From an uncultured Gaiellaceae bacterium (lineage in GTDB: Bacteria > Actinomycetota > Thermoleophilia > Gaiellales > Gaiellaceae): a DNA stretch of 64,000 nucleotides. The translations under genes were made by a program, and so were the position numbers. The stretch covers positions 72,384-136,383 of the forward strand of contig CAVPXQ010000007.1 of the NCBI GenBank assembly GCA_963709715.1, given 5' to 3'. Each line of letters starts with the position of its first letter. Position 1 is the first letter of the stretch. Shown here piece after piece: positions 19,349 to 29,837 of the stretch. Under the pieces are notes generated by a model that saw only the letters and a program-made list of their open reading frames with translations, made no database searches and had not been told where the DNA came from.

Positions 19349-20730
19349 CGGCGTCGCACCCAGTGCTGCAGGCTCACGCGCTTGCCGAAGTCCTCGCGCG
19401 CCGCGAGCTCGTGCTCTCCGAAGCCGAGGGGCGCTCGCTGGGCGCGTGACAGCTGGTGCCCCGTCTCCGACCACGTCAGCACCCACACGGAGTTCGCGGT
19501 CGAGGCGCTCGAGGGGGATGCGCCGTAGTACGTCGCCGCGAGGTTCGTCCACCACGGGATCACCACGACGTCGGAGCCACCGCTGCGCGAGTGGAGCGCG
19601 GCGACGGCATCCCGCCAGTCCTCGCCGCGCCAGCCTCCGCGCTCGGCGGACGAGTACCACTGAGAGAGAGCCAACGCACTGACAAGCACCGCGACGACAA
19701 GGAGCACAGACCCCGCGAGCCGCCCTGCGCCGACGATGGCACGACCGGCCAGCAACGCGAACGCCGGCGCCGCGACGATGAGATATCGGTCGAGGAAGAC
19801 CGGTGTCACCACCGTGATGAGTAAGGCGAGCACGAACGGTGTCGTCGCCCACGCACCGAGCCAGATCGTGAGGTCGCGAGCACCCGTCCTCCAGAGGAGT
19901 ACGAGCCCGATCAGGGCCAGCACGAACCCCAGCCCGGCTGCACCCGACACGTCCCCGACTGCGTGGAGGACGGTCGCCGGTGACGGCGGCTGCAGCCAGG
20001 CCATCCCCACCCCCGGACCGGTCGATCGCATCGCGACCGTCGCGGCCCACGGCACCGCGATAGCGCATGCGATCACGGCGGCGAGGGGGCCATGAGGGAG
20101 CGCTCGCTCGCGACGCTGCGCGACGAGAACGAGGTGCGCCGGGAAGAGCAGGATTCCCGCGACCGCGTGCCCGACCACGAGCGCGGTGTAGGCGAGGCCG
20201 TAGAGCGCCCACGAGCTACGGTCGTTCCGGTCGAGCGCGCGCAAGAGGACGAGCGTCGCAACGAGGCTGAGCGCCAGGATCAGGGTGTAGCTCCGCGCTT
20301 GCTGCGACCACTTGACGACGAACGGGCTCGCCGCGAGCAGGACCCCGGCTGCGAGCGCCGACCAGCGGTCGAGGAGCTTCCTTCCGAGAACGACGACGAG
20401 CGCCGCAGACGCCATGGCGCCGAAGACAGAAGGGAGGCGCAGTGCCCACTCGGACGTGCCGGCAAGGGGTGTCCACGCAGCCATGAGGCCGTCGTAGAGG
20501 AAGTGGTACTGGTCGTTCGAGAGCCACCAGAGGGGTGAGCGTCCGGATGCTTCGGCCGTGTACGCCTCGTCGAACCAGAGCGACGGAGATCCCAGCCGGA
20601 CGAGGCCGAGCGCGAGCGCGACGCCGCTCGCGATCCCGATGTCGACGAGAAGCGACGCGCTGCGTGCCAACGGCCGAGCGTCGATGTCGCCGCGTTCGGA
20701 AGCAAACGATGCTGCGGGCGTCGGACTCAT
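19345..20730 (-). CDS. GT-C fold (GT39/ArnT/PMT-like) membrane glycosyltransferase
   Basis: 461 aa, polytopic. The first-loop acidic motif is SLWFDEAYTAE, and a strong GGAGG lies upstream of the ATG. Confidence 0.75.
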   Translation of the reverse strand: MSPTPAASFASERGDIDARPLARSASLLVDIGIASGVALALGLVRLGSPSLWFDEAYTAEASGRSPLWWLSNDQYHFLYDGLMAAWTPLAGTSEWALRLPSVFGAMASAALVVVLGRKLLDRWSALAAGVLLAASPFVVKWSQQARSYTLILALSLVATLVLLRALDRNDRSSWALYGLAYTALVVGHAVAGILLFPAHLVLVAQRRERALPHGPLAAVIACAIAVPWAATVAMRSTGPGVGMAWLQPPSPATVLHAVGDVSGAAGLGFVLALIGLVLLWRTGARDLTIWLGAWATTPFVLALLITVVTPVFLDRYLIVAAPAFALLAGRAIVGAGRLAGSVLLVVAVLVSALALSQWYSSAERGGWRGEDWRDAVAALHSRSGGSDVVVIPWWTNLAATYYGASPSSASTANSVWVLTWSETGHQLSRAQRAPLGFGEHELAAREDFGKRVSLQHWVRRR

Positions 20731-20926
20731 CCTCCACCTGTGTCGGATGAGAGCACGCTTCGCATGAACCCGTCGAGGTGACGTCGGAGCACGATCAGGA
20801 GCGCTTCGGCAGGGGCTCGGCGACTCCTCGCCCGATGCTGCTTCCAGACTGGTTCCACAGGCCCGTCGCCCGGCAGTCCGGCTTCGATGGCTCGTTACGC
20901 GGAGACGGCACGAGCGCGAAGCACCA

Positions 20927-21691
20927 TCACGAGCGACCCCGAACCCGGCGGCGACGATTCAGCTGATAGCCGACCACAAAGAGGTCGAAGGCCGCACGCA
21001 CCATGCCCGAGAGCCCCAGCCGAGAACCACGCACGTCGCGCCATTCGCGCAGGGGCATCTCCTCGAACTCCGCGAGAGGAACGGGCTCGGCGGTGGCGGA
21101 TCCCCGGAGGAGCCAGCCGATGAGCTCGATATCGAAGACCCACGACGAGCGGAACGGCGTCGCGATCGCCTCGCGGAACACGGGCGACACGCGGAAGGCC
21201 TTCGCGCCGCACTGCGTGTCGTAGACGGGGATGCGCAGAACGATCGACGCGATGGTCGCGAAGACACGCCCGAGGTAGTGGCGGAGCGCGTGGCGCTCGA
21301 TCCGACGGCCCAGCAGCCGCACGCGCGACGCCATCACGCAGGCGCGTTCGGGATTTCCTTCGAGCTGCTCCAGCAGGCGGAGCAGCTCCTCCGGGGGCGT
21401 CGCCAGGTCGGCGTCGTAGTACGCAACGATCGCGGCCCCACCCTCGACCGCGTGCACGAGACCACGACGGATCGCCTCCGCCTTTCCGACGTTCACAGGG
21501 AGCCGTAGGACCTCGACCGCGTCGGTTCGGCTCTCGAGTCGTGCGAGCGCGGCACCGGTCCCGTCGGTCGACCCGTCGTCGACAAAGAGAAGCTGGACCC
21601 GACCCGACTCAGCGAGCGAAGCCAACCGATCGGGATCGAGCCGCCGCTCCTCGTTGAAGCACGGGATGACAACGACGGGGCGCTGGCTCAC
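20927..21691 (-). CDS. GT2 glycosyltransferase, dolichyl/polyprenyl-phosphate glucosyltransferase-like
   Basis: VVVIPCFNEE...LFVDDGSTDGT...NVGKAEA...YDADLATP...TQCGAKAF. Confidence 0.85.
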   Translation of the reverse strand: MSQRPVVVIPCFNEERRLDPDRLASLAESGRVQLLFVDDGSTDGTGAALARLESRTDAVEVLRLPVNVGKAEAIRRGLVHAVEGGAAIVAYYDADLATPPEELLRLLEQLEGNPERACVMASRVRLLGRRIERHALRHYLGRVFATIASIVLRIPVYDTQCGAKAFRVSPVFREAIATPFRSSWVFDIELIGWLLRGSATAEPVPLAEFEEMPLREWRDVRGSRLGLSGMVRAAFDLFVVGYQLNRRRRVRGRS

Positions 21692-21710
21692 CGGGCGGCC
21701 ACCTTCGACC

Positions 21711-22511
21711 TCAGCGCGCCGCGCGTCGACACAGTGCCCAGGTGCTCAGTCCCGGTAGGGCGACGCCACGTTCGCCCGCCGCCAAGCACAGCTGTCCGTC
21801 GGCGACGAGCACGCGTGTCAGCACGCTTTTGAGGACGTTTCCCCCGCGCCAGTCGCCCACGCCCCTCGACCGCGTGCGGACCGGGCGCAGCCGTTCGACC
21901 GCGATCTGGCCTACCCTCGCCGAGAGGAGGGAGAGGAACAGCCCGCCGCCGGCGACGACGACGAGGCCCGCGCGCTCGAGCACGCGATGCAGCCCGGCCG
22001 GGGCATACCTACGGTGGTGGCGGAGCGCCCGGTCGTGGGACGAGTAGAGGGATTCGTACGCAGGAACGGACACCAACACGGAACCATCGGCCGCGAGCAG
22101 GTCGTCCACGATCCCCGAGACGAAGCCGACGTCGTCGTCGACATGCTCGATCACGTCGAGCATGAGGACGCGATCGAAGCGATTGCTCGGTCGAGCCGCA
22201 ACGACGTCCATGCCCCCGGGCGCCCGCTCTCGGAGCGCTTCGAGGTCCTCCGCCGTGTAGTGCACGTCCCAGCACGTGATCGTCGCCTCAGCCGGGAGCC
22301 GGCCGTGCAGCTGCATCGCAAACCAGGCGTCGCCGGCGCCCGCGTCGAGCCAGCTCCCACCGTCGAGGAGACTGTGCTGATCGAGGACCCGGAGGAAGAA
22401 GTCTACTCGCGCGATCTCCCAGGGATGCCTCGTGGACGAGCTGCTTCGCTCGACGAGGTCCATCGTCGCAGTATGGTCAGGAGCCTGGATGCCGCCGTCG
22501 TCCGGCCGCAC
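21711..22511 (-). CDS. class I SAM-dependent methyltransferase
   Basis: WLDAGAGDAWFAMQL...FDRVLMLDVIEHV. The start may be the internal MDLVERS near 22463. Confidence 0.8.
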   Translation of the reverse strand: MRPDDGGIQAPDHTATMDLVERSSSSTRHPWEIARVDFFLRVLDQHSLLDGGSWLDAGAGDAWFAMQLHGRLPAEATITCWDVHYTAEDLEALRERAPGGMDVVAARPSNRFDRVLMLDVIEHVDDDVGFVSGIVDDLLAADGSVLVSVPAYESLYSSHDRALRHHRRYAPAGLHRVLERAGLVVVAGGGLFLSLLSARVGQIAVERLRPVRTRSRGVGDWRGGNVLKSVLTRVLVADGQLCLAAGERGVALPGLSTWALCRRAAR

Positions 22512-22591
22512 AGGCGGCCGCTGTGCTCAGCGTCGAGCCTACGTGCCTCGTTGCACGACGAGACGACGGGTAGGACGTCACGCAATGCGTG

Positions 22592-23185
22592 TCATCGGGC
22601 GCCGACCGCTCGCCTGCCCGCCCACAGCCCACGGAACGCCGACCAGACCGTCGTCTTCGCGTCCTCCCACGGACTGACCGGGCAACGCAGCGCGTCGAGC
22701 AGCGCAGCCTTGCGCGCGCCGTGGTCGGGCATCAGCGCGTCATGCCACTCGACGAGAAGCTCTGCGACGAGTGCATCGCTGCCGTCTGCGACGAGCTTCT
22801 CGAGAATCGGGAACTCGGCGCCCTCGACGTCGAGCTTCACGACGGGCGGCTCGGGGAGCGTCCGCACCCACGCGGAGAAGTCGAAGCAGGGCACACGGAT
22901 GACGTCGCCCGCGGTTCCCCACTCCCCCTTCGAGTTCTTCTCCCGCATCACCGTCGAGTCCCATGCACGTAGCCCGCGGACAAGCGCGAACTCGATCTCG
23001 CCGTCCTCGATCCAGGCCGCCTTTCGCGCGAGGACGATGCGCGTGCCGTCGAGCTCGGTCTCGCCCTCGACGAGCGCCGGCCACGGATCGAATCCGTACA
23101 GCATCTCTGGTCGAAAGCGCTCGACCAGGGGCTCGATCGAGATCTCGTCTCGATGCGGGAAGCAGCCGAGGTCGACGACGATCAC
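22592..23185 (-). CDS. FkbM family methyltransferase
   Basis: MIVVDLGCF...VKLDVEGAEFPILEKL, the FkbM-type motif. 197 aa. Confidence 0.75.
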   Translation of the reverse strand: MIVVDLGCFPHRDEISIEPLVERFRPEMLYGFDPWPALVEGETELDGTRIVLARKAAWIEDGEIEFALVRGLRAWDSTVMREKNSKGEWGTAGDVIRVPCFDFSAWVRTLPEPPVVKLDVEGAEFPILEKLVADGSDALVAELLVEWHDALMPDHGARKAALLDALRCPVSPWEDAKTTVWSAFRGLWAGRRAVGAR

Positions 23186-23316
23186 GGTCTGAGCCTGGCA
23201 CGCCGGCGAGACGACACCACTCCGCCTGTATCGGTGGCTCTGCGAAGAGAAGCAAGGGCCACCCGACTGACCGGCGTCTTGGCTCAGTACTCCGACGGTC
23301 GGCGCATACTGCGCCC

Positions 23317-24345
23317 GTGGCCGTTCGAGAGCCGCAGCAGCCGCTGACGCGTTTTCGCCCGTCGGAACAGCCTGACTCGCCGGGCGACATCGATGTCTCC
23401 GTCGTGATCCCCGTGCGCGACGAGGAGGACAATGTCGAAAGGCTCCTGCAGGCGCTCAAGGCCGCGCTCGATGGACTCGGGCGCGAATACGAGGCCATTA
23501 TCGTCGACGACGGCAGCCAGGACGCGACCTGGGCGACCCTGTCGACGGCCGCCACGCGAGAGCCGTGGCTACGCGTCGTCCGACTCAGGCGCAACTACGG
23601 TCAGACCGCCGCGATGGCAGCCGGCTTCGACCATGCACGCGGACGCGTGATCGTGCCCATGGACGGAGACCTCCAGAACGATCCTGCCGACATCGGGCTA
23701 CTGCTCGAGAAGATCGACGAGGGTTACGACGTGGTCAGCGGCTGGCGCAAGGATCGCCAGGACGGCTTCATGCGCCGCCTGCCGTCACGCGTCGCGAACT
23801 GGTTGATCGGACGAGTGACGGGCGTCCGCCTGCACGACTACGGCTGCACACTCAAGGCGTACCGTGCCGAGATCGTCGACGAGACGCGGCTCTACGGCGA
23901 GATGCACCGCTTTCTGCCCGCGCTGGCGCACATGGCGGGCGCTCGCATCGCAGAGGTGCCCGTGCGACACCACCCGCGCACGGCCGGCCGTAGCAAGTAC
24001 GGCATCGGCCGCACCTTCAAGGTGCTCCTCGACCTCCTCACGGTGAAGTTCCTCTCGGTGTGGTCCACGAAGCCCAGCTACGTCTTCGGCGGCACAGGCG
24101 TCGTGCTGTGCTCCGCAGGCACGCTCTTTGTCTTCTGGACGGCCTACCAGCGCCTCGCCAACGGCGTCTACGTCTACCGCCAGCCGTCACTGGTCGTCGG
24201 TGTCTTTCTCTTCACCATCGGGCTCAACCTCGTTCTCCTGGGACTGCTCGCAGAGCTGATCGTCCGCACGTACCACGAGTCGCAGAACAAGCCCGTATAC
24301 CTCGTTCGCGAGCGCGTGAACTTCGAGGAGCCGGCGCGCGGGTAG
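23317..24345 (+). CDS. GT2 glycosyltransferase, GtrB/ArnC-like polyprenyl-phosphate sugar synthase with two C-terminal TM helices
   Basis: In-frame GTG at 23317 of ORF 22963..24345. VSVVIPVRDEE...IVDDGSQDAT...NYGQTAA...MDGDLQNDP...GWRKDRQD...YGCTLKAY, then two TM helices. Confidence 0.85.
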   Translation: MAVREPQQPLTRFRPSEQPDSPGDIDVSVVIPVRDEEDNVERLLQALKAALDGLGREYEAIIVDDGSQDATWATLSTAATREPWLRVVRLRRNYGQTAAMAAGFDHARGRVIVPMDGDLQNDPADIGLLLEKIDEGYDVVSGWRKDRQDGFMRRLPSRVANWLIGRVTGVRLHDYGCTLKAYRAEIVDETRLYGEMHRFLPALAHMAGARIAEVPVRHHPRTAGRSKYGIGRTFKVLLDLLTVKFLSVWSTKPSYVFGGTGVVLCSAGTLFVFWTAYQRLANGVYVYRQPSLVVGVFLFTIGLNLVLLGLLAELIVRTYHESQNKPVYLVRERVNFEEPARG

Positions 24346-24360
24346 CGCGCCGGAGGACGC

Positions 24361-26307
24361 ATGTGCGGGATCGCAGGGATGGTCGGACGCGACCCGGTCG
24401 ACAGCGAGGTACTCGCCCGCATGACCGCCGTGTTGCGACATCGCGGCCCAGACGACGAGGGCTTCTTCTCTCGTCGATACGACGACGGCACGTCGGTGGG
24501 GCTCGGCTTTCGTCGCCTCTCGATCATCGATCTCCAGACCGGTAACCAACCCCTATCGAACGAGACCGGCTCCGTGCAGCTCGTGTTCAACGGAGAGATC
24601 TACAACTACCGAGAGCTGCGCCGAGATCTCGAGGCTCGCGGCCACCGGTTCGCGACGCAGGCAGACACCGAGGTCATCGTTCATCTCTACGAGGACGAGG
24701 GCTCTCGCTGCGTCCGGAGGCTCAACGGGATGTTCGCGTTCGCTCTCTGGGACGAGGCCGGTCGCGAGCTCCTTCTCGCTCGAGACAGGTTCGGCAAGAA
24801 GCCGCTCTACTACACGGACACGGGCGAGGCGCTCATGTTCGGCTCGGAACTCAAGTCTCTCCTCGAGCATCCACGGTGCCCGCGGGAGCTCGATCACGAC
24901 AGTCTGGCCGCATACCTCGCGCTCGAGTACGTACCGACCCCGAGTTCGATCTTCCGCGACGTCCACAAGCTCCCGGCCGGCCACCTTCTCAGGTGGCGAG
25001 AGCGGCGTGCTTCCGTCGAGCCTTACTGGGACCTCGAGTTCTCGCACGACGAGCCGAAGAGCGATCGCGAGTACGTCGAGGAGTTTCGCGCGCTCCTGAC
25101 GGAGGCTGTCCGGCGCAGGCTCGTCAGCGACGTTCCCTTGGGAGCATTCCTGAGCGGAGGCGTGGACTCAAGCTCGATCGTCGCGCTGATGTCCGAGGCC
25201 CTTCCCCCCGGAGCAGTGAAGACGTTCACCATCGGTTTCGCCGAGAAGTCCTTCGATGAGTCCACGGTCGCTCGCCGCGTCGCCGAGCACTACGAGACGG
25301 AGCATCACGAGGAGGTCTTCACTCCCGACGCCATGGTCGACCTTCTCCCGACCGTGGTCGAAGTACTGGACGAGCCCTTCGCAGACCCGTCCGTCCTGCC
25401 GACCTACGTGCTTTCGCGGTTCGCACGCCAGTTCGTCACCGTCGCGCTCGGGGGAGACGGAAGCGACGAGCTCCTCGCCGGCTACCCGACGTTCACGGCG
25501 GAGAGGTTCGCCAAGGCGTATCGCGTCCCCCGGTCGCTCCACGATCGGTTGATCCTGCCGCTCGCCGACCGGCTTCCCGTTTCGACCGACAACTTCAGCG
25601 TCGACTTCAAGCTCAAGCGCTTCCTCCTCGGCGCGACGCTGCCGACCGCTGCCCGACATCCGACCTGGTTGGGCGCGATCCCCGGAGACGCGCAAGCGCG
25701 GCTCCTGCTCGGCTCGGCCTCTGATCCACTCGTGTCGTGGAGCTCTGCGTACGCCTCGGCGCGGACCAGCGACCCGCTCGAGCGATTGATCTATGCCTAC
25801 GTGAAGACCTACCTGCAAGACGACATCCTCACCAAGGTGGACCGCGCCAGCATGGCCTGCTCACTCGAGGTCCGGGCGCCGTTCCTGGACGTCGAGCTCG
25901 CCGACTTCCTTGGCAGGGTCCCCTCGAGCGCCAAGCTCCGAAGGCTCGACACGAAGCACCTCCTCAAGCGCGCGATGGATGGAGTCCTGCCAGAAGGCAT
26001 CGCCCGTCGGCCGAAGAAAGGCTTCGGCATCCCGGTGGCCAAATGGCTCAAGACGTCGCTCCGCGAACAGCTCGAATCAGAGCTGTCGGACTCGCGACTC
26101 CGCGCGCAAGGGCTGTTCGACTCGCGCGAGGTCCAGCGGCTCGTGTCCGAGCACATGTCGGGTCGTTACGACCACCGAAAGCCCCTCTGGACGCTGTTCG
26201 TCTTCCAGCTCTGGCATCGGCGGTGGGCCTCGGAAACCGTGAACGGGGCCGGCAGCGCAGACACCCGCCTCAAAAGCTCTCGCCGCGCACCGGCAGACGC
26301 GCCGTGA
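24361..26307 (+). CDS. asnB: asparagine synthase (glutamine-hydrolysing) family amidotransferase
   Basis: MCGIAGMVGR with the N-terminal nucleophile Cys, and the PP-loop FLSGGVDSSSIVALM. 648 aa and intact. Confidence 0.93.
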   Translation: MCGIAGMVGRDPVDSEVLARMTAVLRHRGPDDEGFFSRRYDDGTSVGLGFRRLSIIDLQTGNQPLSNETGSVQLVFNGEIYNYRELRRDLEARGHRFATQADTEVIVHLYEDEGSRCVRRLNGMFAFALWDEAGRELLLARDRFGKKPLYYTDTGEALMFGSELKSLLEHPRCPRELDHDSLAAYLALEYVPTPSSIFRDVHKLPAGHLLRWRERRASVEPYWDLEFSHDEPKSDREYVEEFRALLTEAVRRRLVSDVPLGAFLSGGVDSSSIVALMSEALPPGAVKTFTIGFAEKSFDESTVARRVAEHYETEHHEEVFTPDAMVDLLPTVVEVLDEPFADPSVLPTYVLSRFARQFVTVALGGDGSDELLAGYPTFTAERFAKAYRVPRSLHDRLILPLADRLPVSTDNFSVDFKLKRFLLGATLPTAARHPTWLGAIPGDAQARLLLGSASDPLVSWSSAYASARTSDPLERLIYAYVKTYLQDDILTKVDRASMACSLEVRAPFLDVELADFLGRVPSSAKLRRLDTKHLLKRAMDGVLPEGIARRPKKGFGIPVAKWLKTSLREQLESELSDSRLRAQGLFDSREVQRLVSEHMSGRYDHRKPLWTLFVFQLWHRRWASETVNGAGSADTRLKSSRRAPADAP

Positions 26308-27308
26308 AACGCACGCTCGTTGTCGAGCTCGCCTGCCCTGTATCAGGCCACGAGCTCGTTCTCTCCAAGCCCGGGGGGACGGGCGATGTGGTGAGCGGCG
26401 AGCTCGAGTGTTCCGGATGCGGAGCGGCCTGGCCGATCGTCGGCGGTGTCCCGCGCCTCGTTCCTTCCGACCTCCAGCTGCAACAGCGCAAGACGGCGGC
26501 CGCGTTCGGCTGGCAGTGGCAGCACTTCGACGAGATGCACAACGAGTTCGAGGTCCAGTTCCTGGACTGGCTCGAACCCATCGGACGCGATTTCTTCGCG
26601 GGCAAGCGTGTACTCGATGCGGGGTGCGGGAACGGCCGCCACGCGTACCTGGCGAGCTCGTTCGGCGCGCGTGAAGTAGTCGCGCTCGATCTGAGCGACG
26701 CAGTCGTCGCAGCACAGCGATCACTGGAGGAGCGCGACGGAGTGCACGTCGTTCAGGGCGATCTCCTCCGACCGCCGCTCCGAACGGTCGCCTCCGGAGG
26801 GGGCTTCGACCTCGTGTACTCCATTGGAGTCCTCCACCACCTCCCGGATCCGGCCGCAGGCTTCGCAAGCCTGCTCCGGTTCGTCCGGCCCGGCGGGACG
26901 ATCGCGATCTGGGTGTACGGTCACGAGAACAACGGGCTCGTTCGCAATGTCGTCGAGCCGCTGCGCCGGCTGTCCACCAGGCTCCCGACGCCCATGCTCC
27001 GCTTCGTCGCTTGGCCAATGGCGCTCGGGTTCCACGGTGCGGCCGTCCTCGTGTATCGCCCTCTCCACGGCACGAGGCTCGGTCGTGCATTGCCGCTCGA
27101 CGAGTATCTCGCGAGCGTCGCCGACTTCAGCTTCCGGCAGAACTACGGAATCGTCTTCGACCAGCTCGCCGCGCCGACGGCGGCATACCTGAAGCGTGAC
27201 GAGATCGAGCGCTGGTTCCGACCACTCGACGACGTCGTCGTCTCGCACCGGCACGGGAACTCATGGCGCGGCAAGGGGCGCCCGACCGTTCGGCCACGGG
27301 ATCGATGA
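26304..27308 (+). CDS. SAM-dependent methyltransferase with N-terminal Trm112-like zinc ribbon
   Basis: GTG 26304 overlaps the asnB stop (GTGA). LACPVSGHEL...ECSGCGAAWPIVGGVPRLV, then VLDAGCGNGRHAYLA...VLHHLPDP. Confidence 0.85.
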   Translation: MKRTLVVELACPVSGHELVLSKPGGTGDVVSGELECSGCGAAWPIVGGVPRLVPSDLQLQQRKTAAAFGWQWQHFDEMHNEFEVQFLDWLEPIGRDFFAGKRVLDAGCGNGRHAYLASSFGAREVVALDLSDAVVAAQRSLEERDGVHVVQGDLLRPPLRTVASGGGFDLVYSIGVLHHLPDPAAGFASLLRFVRPGGTIAIWVYGHENNGLVRNVVEPLRRLSTRLPTPMLRFVAWPMALGFHGAAVLVYRPLHGTRLGRALPLDEYLASVADFSFRQNYGIVFDQLAAPTAAYLKRDEIERWFRPLDDVVVSHRHGNSWRGKGRPTVRPRDR

Positions 27309-29815
27309 CGACCGCCGTCGACTCGGAGAGCACACCAGCCCCGAGCGACCCGACCGCACCTCAACCGCACAGGTCGCAGCGCGAACGGCTTGCCCTCGCT
27401 TTCGCTCTGGTGGCCGTGGCGGCGGCGGTCGTCGGTGCACTCGGTCCCGCAGAGCGCATCCGAGCCACCTACGAGTGGCCGCCTCCGGTGGTCCCGGCTG
27501 CCACGCCCGAGCGCCTTTGGTACACGCCGCTCCTTCTGGCTCGGTATAGGCCGGAGCGAGTCGAGGTCGTCATTCCGTGCTCACCCGCGCCCGCACTCCG
27601 CGCAGCGCGGACGCCGACGACGATCCTCGCGACGGCACACAAGCCCGCGAGCGCAGGCGGACTTGCCATCGTCCGTACCGGAACGACCGCGGCGATTCGG
27701 ATCGGGCACCGCGAGCTTGCGCGCGTCCACGTGGACGAGAGCGGTCCGGACAAGACGTGCACGCACCAGCTGACAATCGAGGATCATCGGTGGACGCTCA
27801 CGAACGGTACGACCGGACGTGCACGCGAGGATGCCGCACCGACGATGCCCGTTGTCACCGGGCTCTTCTCCGAGCTCGACCTGGCCAGAGCACCGCGGCC
27901 GACGATCCGGATCACGACCGCCGTCAACTCGACGCACGCCACGATCCGCCAGATGATCGCGTGGCTGCTCGCCGCTTCGGCGGCCGCGGCGGCATTGCTC
28001 CTCGTGGCACGCCGACGCCCTCGACACGGAAGTCTCTCGAAATGGCTCTGGGGCGCCGTGCTCGATCACCGGCACCGCGCCGACGCCGTGATCGCCGGCG
28101 TCCTGCTCGGCTGGTGGATCCTCTCGCCCGCGTTCTTCGACGACGGATGGGTCGTCGCGCGCCAGCGGTCGTTTGCGGTATCCGGGGGGTTCTCGAACTA
28201 CTACGACAGCCTCGCCGTCAACCTGCCGAACGGCTACTGGCTCGAATGGCTGCAGCATTGGGTCGTCCAGAGCTCGGACGCACTCGTCGTCTTCCGCATT
28301 CCGACGCTTCTCTGCCTCGGCGCACTGTGGATCGGGTGCCGGCTCGTTCTCGAACAGGTCCCTGTTGACGAGCGATCGGAGACGAGCTTCCTCGTCTGGA
28401 CGCTCGCCGTCGCGTTCGCCGGACTCGTGATGGCGTGGGGCATGACGCTCAGACCGGAACCGGTGACCGCGCTCCTCACGGTCGGTGCACTGTGGTGTGC
28501 GGGAGCGTTCGCGGCCCGACCCGCCGCAGCGCCGCTGGCCGGCCTGGCCGTTCTGCTGCCACTGTCGCTCACAGGCCATCACGCCGGCGTTGTGACCGCG
28601 GCCCCGGCGTTGGCGATCGCCCCGGCGGTCATTCGGTGGTCACGGAGTCATCTGCGAACGGTGCTCACCTTGTCGCTCTGCTCGGTCGCAGTGTTTCTGA
28701 CCCTCTTCTCAGTCGGAAGCGACGCCCGGCAGCGGTTGGCTGACGCCGCCGACACCCGGACCTACAGCACCGGCATAGACCACTGGTATCAGGAATGGCT
28801 CCGCTACGAGCGGCTCGACCTATTCGTCTACGCGACGCCGTTGCGTCGAGCAGCGGTCGTACTCATGGTCTTCACAGTCGCACTGTTCCTCATACGACGC
28901 CAGCGCGGGCGCGAGCTGTTCGATCTCCCGGTGATCACGCTCGCGATAGGGCTCGCGCTCCTGGTGACGACGCCGAGCAAGCACCCGTGGCACTTCGGAG
29001 CCCTCATGGGAGTCACCGCAACGGCGACCGCGTGTGAGGCGCTGCGGTTGCGTCGAGAGGCCAAGGAGGCGGCGCGCCTGAGCGCACGCGCGCTCATTCT
29101 CATCGCAGGCCTCTTCTTCGCGACCGGATGGGCATGGTCCACGCGAGGGCCATGGAACGACATCGACCTCATGACGCTCGACTGGCGCCCGGCACTCGAA
29201 GCGTCGTTTCCGCTCTCCGTGGCAGCTGCGCTGCTGGTCCTGGGGGTCTTGCTCGTCCTCGTCGCCGTGGGAATGGTCCGACGTAGAGATCGTGAGCTCT
29301 ACTCGGCTCCGTGGCGGACGCTGTCGTGGACGGCGGCGATTCTGCTGCTGCCCGCGATGGCGTTCACGACGGCGATCCTTGCGCTCGACTCGGCTCGCAC
29401 CGACTCGTGGACTCTCGCGCGCGAGAATGTGCGGGCACTGCACGGAGCGACGGGTTGCGGTCTCGCAGACGACCTGCGCCTTGCCGGCGGGTCGATCTCG
29501 TTGGCCGACGAGACGTCTTCGCCATCAGCTCGAACGCTCGTTCTCCCCTCGTTGCTCCTCTACTTCCCGTGCGCACGACTCCCCGAGTTGCGCGATGGCG
29601 TCATCGAAGTCCCAACACATATCGTCGCGCCGTATGCACAGCGTGTTCTCGCCGGTTATACGACAAGCCCGATGCTCGGAGTTCAAGACCTCTATCGCAT
29701 CGCCCGGGAACCACTGGCGAAGAATGCCCCGCGCGAACTGACCGTCGACACCGTCAACACCGCTCTCGCGGGAGCACGCCTTCTGCCGCCGACGGTGCGG
29801 TCGACGTCGTCCTGA
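27305..29815 (+). CDS. Emb-like GT-C arabinosyltransferase family protein (paralogue 2)
   Basis: ATG 27305 overlaps the upstream stop (ATGA). ATYEWPP...WYTPLLL...VIPC and FFDDGWVVARQRSFAVSGGFSNYYDSLAVNLPNGYWLEWLQH. Collinear with 6744..9227. Confidence 0.7.
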   Translation: MTTAVDSESTPAPSDPTAPQPHRSQRERLALAFALVAVAAAVVGALGPAERIRATYEWPPPVVPAATPERLWYTPLLLARYRPERVEVVIPCSPAPALRAARTPTTILATAHKPASAGGLAIVRTGTTAAIRIGHRELARVHVDESGPDKTCTHQLTIEDHRWTLTNGTTGRAREDAAPTMPVVTGLFSELDLARAPRPTIRITTAVNSTHATIRQMIAWLLAASAAAAALLLVARRRPRHGSLSKWLWGAVLDHRHRADAVIAGVLLGWWILSPAFFDDGWVVARQRSFAVSGGFSNYYDSLAVNLPNGYWLEWLQHWVVQSSDALVVFRIPTLLCLGALWIGCRLVLEQVPVDERSETSFLVWTLAVAFAGLVMAWGMTLRPEPVTALLTVGALWCAGAFAARPAAAPLAGLAVLLPLSLTGHHAGVVTAAPALAIAPAVIRWSRSHLRTVLTLSLCSVAVFLTLFSVGSDARQRLADAADTRTYSTGIDHWYQEWLRYERLDLFVYATPLRRAAVVLMVFTVALFLIRRQRGRELFDLPVITLAIGLALLVTTPSKHPWHFGALMGVTATATACEALRLRREAKEAARLSARALILIAGLFFATGWAWSTRGPWNDIDLMTLDWRPALEASFPLSVAAALLVLGVLLVLVAVGMVRRRDRELYSAPWRTLSWTAAILLLPAMAFTTAILALDSARTDSWTLARENVRALHGATGCGLADDLRLAGGSISLADETSSPSARTLVLPSLLLYFPCARLPELRDGVIEVPTHIVAPYAQRVLAGYTTSPMLGVQDLYRIAREPLAKNAPRELTVDTVNTALAGARLLPPTVRSTSS

Positions 29816-29837
29816 CGCCGCCTGGACGAGGCTCGTG

